DNA of 64,000 bases from Bacillota bacterium (GCA_040755975.1 JBFLZY010000001.1:25398-89397); one strand, 5' to 3'; counted from the first letter of the stretch, positions 49,860 to 57,665 are shown. Program-made: numbers and translations. The notes: a model not told the origin generated them from the sequence alone.

Positions 49860-50912
49860 TCAGTCCTGCTTTTCCGCAAACGCGCCGGGCATAAGTTCCC
49901 CTAATTTCACAAAACCGTGCTTTTCCATCACTTGCGCCAGAGCCGACAGGACCTGCGGCGCAAAGATAAAGACCAGCACGTTATTTTGGGCTCCCCGGGC
50001 AAGGGGGGCCCGGTATTCCTCTAAAGAATACCGGCCCAGCACGTAATTATACAGATAGGTTCGCCCTCCCGCCGTTACAAAGCCTTTCGCCCGAATCACC
50101 CCTTTGGGGAGTTGCTCCGTTATTTCCGCAAGGACCGGCAGTTCCCCGCCTTTCCAGAAAAAGGCGGCGGACATTAAGATGTCCGGCGGGGTAACGGCCG
50201 CCTCGGGATCACTCAATAAATCTTCAACGTACTGCTCCAGTTCCGCTTCGATCATTGGCGAGGGCGCAACAGCGGGGCCGTTTTTAGTTCCCCGCGGCGG
50301 CTTTTGCTGCGTTTTCTCCGGCAGGGCCAGCAATTCCGTTACGTCGAGATCGGCGTAGGTAGTCTCGTAAAATTGCGGACAGGGGTGGTGTTTCTGGATT
50401 AAAGACTTTATCTCGGCAATCTGCGCCGGGGAAGCGAGGTCGATTTTGTTGATGATAAACCGGGTCGACGAAGCGATTTGCTTTTCCACGGAGGCAAAAG
50501 CCGCAAATTCGTCTAAAAAGTGGGCGGCATCGATAATGCAGAACTGTTCTTGAAAGTGAAAACAATTATTAAAAATAGACAGGTTAAGGTCCTTTTTCAG
50601 GTCGCTGGGGTTGGCCACTCCGGTGGATTCGATGAGCAGCACGTCGGGCTTAATTTTTTGGGCAATCTCAAAGAGCCCTTTGATAAAATCGGTTTTTACG
50701 CAGGCGCAAAAAATAGATCCCTTGCTGATTTCCAAAATATCCAGCTCCTGCGCCGCCACCAGGGTTCCGTCCACCCCGATTTCGCCGAACTCGTTCATCA
50801 AAATCATGAGCTTTTTGTCTTGCGGAAACTGGTGGAGCAACCGGTTCAAAAAAGTGGTCTTCCCGCTGCCCAGAAAACCGGTGATCAAATAGACATTCGT
50901 TCCTTCCGCCAC
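49860..50912 (-). CDS. CobW/COG0523-family G3E GTPase (metallochaperone)
   Basis: GFLGSGKTTFLN P-loop, ESTGVANP switch region, C-terminal CobW_C-like domain. Confidence 0.85.
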   Translation of the reverse strand: MAEGTNVYLITGFLGSGKTTFLNRLLHQFPQDKKLMILMNEFGEIGVDGTLVAAQELDILEISKGSIFCACVKTDFIKGLFEIAQKIKPDVLLIESTGVANPSDLKKDLNLSIFNNCFHFQEQFCIIDAAHFLDEFAAFASVEKQIASSTRFIINKIDLASPAQIAEIKSLIQKHHPCPQFYETTYADLDVTELLALPEKTQQKPPRGTKNGPAVAPSPMIEAELEQYVEDLLSDPEAAVTPPDILMSAAFFWKGGELPVLAEITEQLPKGVIRAKGFVTAGGRTYLYNYVLGRYSLEEYRAPLARGAQNNVLVFIFAPQVLSALAQVMEKHGFVKLGELMPGAFAEKQD

Positions 50913-51078
50913 GTCCCGTCGACCTCCTCCGGGGTTGTCAGTATAAGGGCATCACGCCAATGCCGGGCTTAAAGACGACGCTGGTTTTGGACGGCAGACT
51001 TAGAGCGTAAATGTTCAGTGAAACCGCTCACTGTGACCCAAAATACTTCCAAAACGGCGTTTTTCATTAGAATTGAAA

Positions 51079-51351
51079 CTACCCGGAGCAACGCTTGCCA
51101 ATGGCCGCAATTAAGTCTTCCTGGGCCGGGATGGTTGATTCAAAGACCATTTCGTTGTCAACAGCGATTCCCGGGATGCATTTTGCCCCCAGTTCGCTTT
51201 TGCGTTTGATTCCCTCCCGCGTCTTCACATTCCAGACGCGCAAGTCAATTCTCTCCCGGATTTCCGGCGGTAAAGCCTTTACCGCTTCCACCATATAGGC
51301 GCCGGAAGCTCACTGATCGGTCATTAACACATCCACGATCTTTTTGGCCAT
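51079..51351 (-). CDS. thioredoxin-fold protein, family A, candidate selenoprotein (U14; motif U-A-S-G)
   Basis: ATG 51351 with AAAGGGGGAG RBS; in-frame TGA 51310-51312 joins a 13-codon N-terminus to ORF 51079..51294; aligns with the CAAC paralogue; hairpin 51267-51285. Confidence 0.55.
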
Positions 51352-51363
51352 GCCGCTCCCCCT

Positions 51364-51663
51364 TTACGTGCCCGGTTTTGCGTGCTTCTTGTTATAGCGT
51401 TCACGAATGGCGGCGATCAGTTCTTCCTGCGGGGGGATCATTGCTTCGTAAACCAGCTCGTCGTCGAGCGCCACGCTGGGCAAAGACTTCGCTTTGAGTT
51501 CGGTAAAACGCTTGATTCCCTCCCGCGTCCGGAGATCCCACTCGCGAACTTCAATAATCTGTTGAATTTCCGGCGGTAAAACCTTTACCGACTCCGCCAT
51601 ATAGACGCAGGCCGCTCACTGCCGAAAATCGGTCAGTAAAACGTCCACGATGACTTTCGGCAT
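51364..51663 (-). CDS. thioredoxin-fold protein, family A, candidate selenoprotein (U16; motif U-A-A-C)
   Basis: ATG 51663 with AAGGGAGGG RBS; in-frame TGA 51616-51618 aligns with the first Cys of CAAC in 54418..54822; hairpin 51574-51590. Confidence 0.6.
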
Positions 51664-51676
51664 TGCTTTCCCTCCC

Positions 51677-52576
51677 TTACCTCCCGACTGCTTCAAAGGA
51701 AACCCGCAACCCTTCCCGTTCCCAGGTGAGGAGGGCATATTGTCCCGCCCCCTCGTTATTTTCCAGGGGGCCGACGTTGATAAAATCCGCCTTCCCCAGG
51801 CGCACGTGTTTCCAGACGCCGGTTCCGGCAAAGAAGACCACATCCGCCGCAAACTGTTCCGTCATGGCGATAAGGGCGGGATAAACTTCTTCGTTGCGCA
51901 GGTAGTCGGACAAGTTGCAGACCATCAGCAACTCCAGGGAGTAAAGGGAAAAGTCCGAAAAACCGTCCAATTCCTGAATAAATCCGTCGGTAAACCCCAG
52001 CACCCGCTTTTTGCCCAGTTGAAAGCTTAAAAAAAGCGGTGCCTGCAAAAGATAGTCCCGGTTCTCCGGCTTTTGGCAGGGCAGGGTGCGGTCAAATGGG
52101 CCAGGCGCAAAAATTATTTTTTCCCTCCTGGCCAGTTCAACCACCGCGTCGTTGGCACCGCCCGGTCCGGTCAGGTTGCCTAAAGAGTAAAGCACTTCGA
52201 CTTTTGAACGCACCGTCGCAATTACCTGCCGAAAAGCAGGCAGGTTCCCGGCAACCCCGGAAATCACCGCTACTTTCCAATGGGGGGCCGGCGCCTCGTA
52301 AATCCTTATTTCATCGGAGGCACGCAACTTCCCTTCCCGCGCCAGCGCAATGGCCCGCGCCAGCTGATCCGGGCAGGACGTGTCGTTCCGGCAGGAAATC
52401 CCTTTTAAAAGCGGGACCACTTCGTCAACATCCCGCCCTTCCAGAAGGCGGCTGATCAACCGGGCATTACCGCGGCAGCCGCCGCCCACGAAGCACACGT
52501 CTTTAAGCACGTTGCCCGCTAACCGGAAGTGGATTTCCGGGGGGCAAATGCCCCTTGTTCTGTAAATGTACAGAAT
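51677..52576 (-). CDS. TSCPD/TIGR03905-like 4-Cys domain fused to metallophosphoesterase
   Basis: GGGCRGN...CRNDTSCPDQLA motif; homology continues 22 codons upstream of the first GTG, to an ATT that overlaps the upstream TAA. Confidence 0.6.
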   Translation of the reverse strand: MLYIYRTRGICPPEIHFRLAGNVLKDVCFVGGGCRGNARLISRLLEGRDVDEVVPLLKGISCRNDTSCPDQLARAIALAREGKLRASDEIRIYEAPAPHWKVAVISGVAGNLPAFRQVIATVRSKVEVLYSLGNLTGPGGANDAVVELARREKIIFAPGPFDRTLPCQKPENRDYLLQAPLFLSFQLGKKRVLGFTDGFIQELDGFSDFSLYSLELLMVCNLSDYLRNEEVYPALIAMTEQFAADVVFFAGTGVWKHVRLGKADFINVGPLENNEGAGQYALLTWEREGLRVSFEAVGR

Positions 52577-52869
52577 TATTCACCCGCTTCGAAAACCTCC
52601 CGGAGCGCTTCCTGCAGCTCCTCCACGGGCGGCGTGTAGTCGAAAGACAACTTGCCGTTAATAAACAGGGACGGTATGGGCGCAGGCTTGCCTAAGCCGT
52701 AGGACAGGATTTTATAACGGGGCGCGCCCTCCACCTGGCGCAGGTAGACCGTGGCCACCTTTACCCGGCCGCCGAAGGCCGCCGCCGCTTCCTCGGCGGT
52801 TTCCAGCGCATAAACGCAGGGAATACAATGATCGCCTTCGTAAATTACTTCCAGGAGAACGTCCTCCAA
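52576..52869 (-). CDS. thioredoxin-fold protein, family B (CIPC)
   Basis: LLEVIYEGDHCIPCVYA... and PSLFINGKL motif; paralogue of 54077..54421. Confidence 0.6.
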   Translation of the reverse strand: MEDVLLEVIYEGDHCIPCVYALETAEEAAAAFGGRVKVATVYLRQVEGAPRYKILSYGLGKPAPIPSLFINGKLSFDYTPPVEELQEALREVFEAGE

Positions 52870-52905
52870 GCTGCTCTTTGCCCCTTTGAAAACGATTCAC
52901 TGCCT

Positions 52906-53175
52906 CTAAGCAAGCAGCCCGCACTCCCGCAGGGCGCTGACCAGCGTATCTTTGCTGGGGCAGACGCCCATGATCCTGACCAGATCCCCGATTACCAGGG
53001 CCGGTAAAGCCGATATCTTCAGTTCTTCCGCCCTGGGGGTTGGTCCGCGGTGATATTCGATCTTAACCTTTTCACCGTACTCCCTCTTTAATTCCTCCAG
53101 CCGGCGCGTTAAAGAAATGCCTCCGGAGCACGGGGGGACGGAGAGAAAAACCTCAATTTTGACTACTTCAGCCAT
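52906..53175 (-). CDS. thioredoxin-fold protein, family C (single Cys, PPCSGG)
   Basis: VKIEVFLSVPPCSGG..., ALPALVIGD motif; GGGAGGGTGG RBS. Confidence 0.55.
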   Translation of the reverse strand: MAEVVKIEVFLSVPPCSGGISLTRRLEELKREYGEKVKIEYHRGPTPRAEELKISALPALVIGDLVRIMGVCPSKDTLVSALRECGLLA

Positions 53176-53438
53176 AATCCACCCTCCCGCAAGGCGTTTA
53201 ACAGAGTCACCCGGCTGGGCACCACGCCTTCGATTTTAATCAAGCCGTTAACTACTACCGCCGGGACACAGAATAGATTATATTCCTGAAACTTCTCCAT
53301 CCCTTCCTCGCCAACATATTTGCAAAATTCGATCTCCCCGCTGTATTCATCCGCCACCGCCTGAGCCAACTTCATAATCTCAAGGCAGCCGGGGCAGGGG
53401 GGATTGCCGCTGAAAACTTCCATTTTGACGGCCATCAT
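53163..53438 (-). CDS. thioredoxin-fold protein, family C (CPGC)
   Basis: VKMEVFSGNPPCPGC..., VPAVVVNG motif. Confidence 0.65.
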   Translation of the reverse strand: MMAVKMEVFSGNPPCPGCLEIMKLAQAVADEYSGEIEFCKYVGEEGMEKFQEYNLFCVPAVVVNGLIKIEGVVPSRVTLLNALREGGLWLK

Positions 53439-53707
53439 TGACCCCCCAATTCCTTTTCAATTATTTCCGCCAGCTCTGACTCGTTCAACACCTTGCCTAC
53501 GGATACTTTTTTGTCGTTGATGAGAACGGTGGGGGTCATCATAATCCCGTATTTTTGCCCCAACTCGGACAGGGCGTCGTGTTTTTCCACAAGCACCTGA
53601 CCGGCCGGAAATTTTTCCGCCGCCCGCCGCGCCTGCTCTTCCGCCTGGCGGCATCTGGCGCAGGGGGGCGTCGTGCCGAAGACCAGCACCCGCACACAGT
53701 CCGTCAC
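53435..53707 (-). CDS. thioredoxin-fold protein, family C (CARC)
   Basis: VRVLVFGTTPPCARC..., TPTVLINDK motif; GTG 53707 with GGGAGGG RBS. Confidence 0.65.
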   Translation of the reverse strand: MTDCVRVLVFGTTPPCARCRQAEEQARRAAEKFPAGQVLVEKHDALSELGQKYGIMMTPTVLINDKKVSVGKVLNESELAEIIEKELGGQ

Positions 53708-53782
53708 CGGTACCACCCTCCCTAAGTCATTCAAAAAGATAATGGTAACGTGGTTGCCCGTTCTCCTTTTTCGAGAGCCTCC

Positions 53783-54080
53783 TTACCTGCACCCGCATTT
53801 ATTTGTTTTGTCCTCCATTAACGGCTGCAGCACAAACTTAAACAGGGAAGCAGAAACAGCCCCGCCGGCAAGCGGGCCAAGAATATAAACTGCAAAAACC
53901 CCCCGCGCGGACCGGGGATGGCGATCTCCCCCCACCCGGCCAGGCAGGCAAACAAGCGCGGGCCGAAATATAAAAAATATTCATGGCCAGGACCGGGTGG
54001 GGGAAATAGCCGCCAAAAATCATACTAATAAGGAAAGTCCCCAGCAGTTCGCCGACGAAACTGGGCAAGTAATCGTTCAT
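53783..54080 (-). pseudogene. Degraded membrane-channel gene (MIP/aquaporin-like N- and C-terminal helices in different frames)
   Basis: Frame 1: MNDYLPSFVGELLGTFLISMIFGG; shifted frame: GVFAVYILGPLAGGAVSASLFKFVLQP...; total length far too short for an intact channel. Confidence 0.3.
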
Positions 54081-54421
54081 GTCCCTTGTCCTTCGCCGGC
54101 CAATTTCCTTTGTTCCAGCATCCGCCTGATTACTTCCGTCAGTTCTTCTACCGGGGGGATCTGGTCGAACACCAGCCGGCCGTCGATAAAAAGAGAAGGA
54201 ACCGGTGCGCAGCAGTGGTGTTTCCGCACGTTTTCTTCTCCGTAGAGTGATACGGAGAGGTCATAGAAGCGTTTGGCGCCGTCTTTTTTTAAAATATAAA
54301 CGATCTCCCAGCGAAGTTCTTCTGGAAAAGTGGAGGCCACAACCTTGACGACCTCCGCCATGTAATAGCAGGAAAGGTTGTGGTCTCCGGAATAAAGAAC
54401 TTCCAAATGAAGCGGCTTCAT
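54077..54421 (-). CDS. thioredoxin-fold protein, family B (CxxC degenerated to NLSC)
   Basis: LHLEVLYSGDHNLSCYYMAE..., PSLFIDGRL motif; ATGA overlaps on both sides. Confidence 0.55.
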   Translation of the reverse strand: MKPLHLEVLYSGDHNLSCYYMAEVVKVVASTFPEELRWEIVYILKKDGAKRFYDLSVSLYGEENVRKHHCCAPVPSLFIDGRLVFDQIPPVEELTEVIRRMLEQRKLAGEGQGT

Positions 54422-54822
54422 TCGATCTCCGAATCGGCTCTGGTATATTTGCCGGCGCCAGCTTTTTCCAGGTTTTCTTTAATCTGATCAAAATTAAACC
54501 CTACGTCCCGCAACGACCTTATTCTTTCCGCCATTTCGGGGGTTGGGGCCCGCCTGGCCAATTCGTCGATGAGCTCCTCGTACTGGGGAATGATACTCTC
54601 AAAAACCAGGTCCCCTTCAATGCAAATGGTGGGGAGCACCCGGCCGTTGAGCTCCAGGAACTTGGCGATGCCCGACTTATTCTTAATCGACCATTCTTTA
54701 TACTCGATCATGTCCTGGACGTCGGGGGGCATGGCCGCGATGGACTCCATCATGTAACCGCAGGCGGCGCACTGGACGCTGTCCAGAGTAAGCACGTCGA
54801 TTTTGATTTTCCTTTCGGACAT
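54418..54822 (-). CDS. thioredoxin-fold protein, family A (CAAC), Cys form of the two TGA paralogues
   Basis: KIDVLTLDSVQCAACGYMMESI...; [14 protein letters not shown]. Confidence 0.6.
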   Translation of the reverse strand: MSERKIKIDVLTLDSVQCAACGYMMESIAAMPPDVQDMIEYKEWSIKNKSGIAKFLELNGRVLPTICIEGDLVFESIIPQYEELIDELARRAPTPEMAERIRSLRDVGFNFDQIKENLEKAGAGKYTRADSEIE

Positions 54823-54840
54823 CTTTCTTCCCCCCTCCTT

Positions 54841-55875
54841 TTACCAGGAATCCGGATACCTGGCGTAATACTTTTCGTACCACTCCCGGGCTTCTAAAAC
54901 CTGCTCGATGTGTTCCAACGGAACGTCGTAAGGCATGTCTCACCCGGGGGCGAAAACGTAGCCGTGCGTACCGCCCGCCGCCAGGCTGACGATGGCGTCT
55001 TCGCGCGGCGAAAGGATGCCCAGGGAAAGGGCCAGGGTGAGCTTGAGGTTGCCGCCAAAGCCGACCCCGTATTTTCTGGCCAGGTCGCGGACAAAATTCA
55101 TGTTCAGCTGTTCATCGATGGCAAAGCCGTGGGTGCCGATCTGGCAAACGGCTTCCAGTACTTTCGTGGCGTCGCCGCAAATAAAGAAGGTCGATGTCTT
55201 TCCTTTCCGGTGGATCGTGGCAATGGCGGGCTGGCAATACGGATGGACGAATTCCTTAAAGGTTTCTTTCTTGATCTGGGAAGCCACCGGGTCGACGATG
55301 GCGATGATGTCGCACCCCATATCGCAATACATTTCCGCCGATTTTTCCACCACGTCCTGGCAGAATCTTAACACGTGATGCGCCCGCTCTTTGTTTTTGA
55401 CCACGTCGGTAAAAATGCGCACCCCGGCCAGGTGGCTCCCCAGGGTAAGCGGGCCGACGGCCAAACCAAAGAGGGCGCAGTCCAATTCGTCAAGTTGCGG
55501 TTTCGCGATGCGGGCCGCCTCGAAAAGCACCGGGTAACGCCCGTCTTCGCGTCCCGGCACCTTTAAACCGGCTTCTTCCACGGTTTTATCGGCCAGGGGG
55601 TGGGACTGCACCGAAGGAACGTTGTCTTTCCAGTACTTAAGTTCCAGCCCCATAGCTTCGGCTTCCACCGACAGGTCAAAAACCAGGGGGATGCCGTCGG
55701 CTTTGTACTTTCTGGCTGTCTCCACCACACCTTTAGCCAGCAACTGCGGGTCCCGGAGAAACTTATCGGCCGGCTCGCCGATGACGAAAGCACTGTGCAC
55801 TCCGGCGTACGGAACCCACGGCGCCCTGGGCGTCCTCTTGCCCCGGATGGCGTCAATCAACATTTGCTTGGCCAC
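54841..55875 (-). CDS. MtaA/URO-D-family methyltransferase, paralogue 2, candidate selenoprotein (TGA at the Zn-ligand Cys position)
   Basis: GTG 55875 with AAAGGAGGAG RBS; in-frame TGA 54940-54942 (APG-U-DMPYD) aligns with APGC/WPAC/WPSC in the paralogues; frame stays open 32 codons to TAA 54841-54843; hairpin 54912-54924. Confidence 0.55.
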
Positions 55876-56440
55876 ATTTTCTCCTCCTTTTCTTTTAGGA
55901 TCAAGGCGCTCCGGAAACCCTATCCATTCCTTATTTCCCAGTTCCTTCTCCAGCCTCATCTCTCACCCCCGATGGATTGTTAATTTAAGGTTCTACCATT
56001 GTTCAAAAAGTAAAACTTATTTACACTACGGCTAAACTGCAGAGAAAAAAAATAACCGCTTCAGCAAGCAAATCTTAACTTAGATCTTTTCCGATGTAAA
56101 TCTTCTCCTCCCCAATTGCAATTTTTGCTTATTGAAAAGTCAATTTTCTATCCTTAACGGTCAAGTCCTGAAAACGCGCAAAATTCGCGCTCTTAATTGC
56201 CAAAACTTGTTTGTCTGTCCAGGAAAAAATAGGCCAACCATTAAGAGGCAAAAAGCGACCGTTTATATGTTATAATTTACCATTTAAGGGAAAAAGATTT
56301 ACAAGACCCGGCTTACTTTTATACAATTGCAACAGCAAGTTTTTTCTTTTCCTTCCAAGTTTAGTCATAGAGCATGTAGTTTACACTTTTTGAACAAACA
56401 GTGATAAAGTGACGTACTGCCAAAGTAGGAGGTTGGCCAC

Positions 56441-57475
56441 ATGGAGAAAGGAAAACTCAGTAGTCGGGAAAGAATGTTCAAAGCTCTCAGGGGCGAAAAA
56501 ACAGATCGTCTGCCGGTGCTGTGCGTTAATCAGACAGCCACCTACGAACAAATGGAAAAAACGGGGGCATACTGGCCCGAAGCTAATTTCCGGGCTCAGG
56601 AGATGGCTATGCTGGCTGCGGGAGCCTATTCCGTCCTGGGTTTTGACGCGGTGCGCGTTCCTTTTTGCCAGACAATAGAAGCAGAGGCCCTGGGTTGTCC
56701 AATTAAGGATGGGGGCACCAAAAACGTACCGAGTCCCGCCGACTACCCATACAAGCCCGACGAGCGTCCCGCCATGCCGGAAGATTATCTGCAAAGAGGA
56801 AGGATTCCGGAATTAATTCAGGCCCTAAAATTATTAAAAGAAATGGTCGGGAACGAAGCCCTGGTTATTGGCGGCATTATCGGACCGTACAGCATTGCGG
56901 GGAGCCTGATCGGCGTTGCCGACCTGCTCCGGAACAGTTTCCGGAAACCTCATCTGATCGAGCCATTCATGGCGATCGGCGAGCTGGCCGGACGTCTTCT
57001 GGCCCGGGAATTAATCAAGGCCGGGGCCGACGCGATTTGCATTGAAGACATGATGGCTTCCCTGGACATGATCAGCCCCAAGATCTACCGCGAAATTGTT
57101 TTGCCCTGGCAAAAGAAACTGCTTGCCGAACTTCGGGACATTCCGACAATTATTCACATTTGCGGCAAGCTGGACGACGTAATCGAGGACATCGCCGGTC
57201 TGGGGGTAACGGCAATCAGTGTGGAAACAAAAGTTAATGCTCCGCAAGCAATCGAAAAGCTAAAGAAATTTGACCGCCCCATTCCGCTGATTGGCGGAGT
57301 GGATGCTCCCCACACATTATTCTCCGGCAACGTAGAAAAAGTAAGAGCAGAAGTAAGCAAGGCGATTGCCGATGGGTATCACATGATCGCCCCCGGGTGT
57401 TCCATCCCCCCCGCAACTTCGGTAGCCAGTTTAAGAGCAATGGTAGAACAGGTTGAAGCGGTTTTTAACAATTAA
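56441..57475 (+). CDS. mtaA: methylcobamide methyltransferase MtaA-like, paralogue 3
   Basis: IIHICGK and APGC motifs; first gene of the mtaABC-type operon. Confidence 0.8.
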   Translation: MEKGKLSSRERMFKALRGEKTDRLPVLCVNQTATYEQMEKTGAYWPEANFRAQEMAMLAAGAYSVLGFDAVRVPFCQTIEAEALGCPIKDGGTKNVPSPADYPYKPDERPAMPEDYLQRGRIPELIQALKLLKEMVGNEALVIGGIIGPYSIAGSLIGVADLLRNSFRKPHLIEPFMAIGELAGRLLARELIKAGADAICIEDMMASLDMISPKIYREIVLPWQKKLLAELRDIPTIIHICGKLDDVIEDIAGLGVTAISVETKVNAPQAIEKLKKFDRPIPLIGGVDAPHTLFSGNVEKVRAEVSKAIADGYHMIAPGCSIPPATSVASLRAMVEQVEAVFNN

Positions 57476-57665
57476 AAATATCGGTTTACCGACTAAGTTA
57501 AAAGGTTTCAAAATAAAAAAACGGGGGTGGGGCCGGGGTAACCGGGATGCTTTAGAAAATTACCGTCCCAACATTTCGGTATCCATTTTCAGGAAGGAAC
57601 AACTGGCAAAACCAGCGCAAACGAATGTTTCTAACTTAAAAATAATATTAAAAGGAGGTTCGACC

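Noticed and set aside
54940-54942. Alternative reading of the three in-frame TGAs (54940, 51616, 51310) as genuine stops or recent nonsense mutations
   Set aside because: This is not fully excluded, but I consider it less likely. All three fall exactly on conserved Cys columns. Downstream frames stay open with continuing homology. The upstream mini-exons have strong RBSs. Each TGA is followed by a hairpin. Three independent nonsense hits on catalytic Cys codons within 4 kb would be improbable.
57453-57665. Upstream extension of MtaB (528 aa form)
   Set aside because: MtaB homology begins at MAKYTSMAY (ATG 57666, AAGGAGG RBS). The upstream part is a low-complexity reading of the intergenic region.
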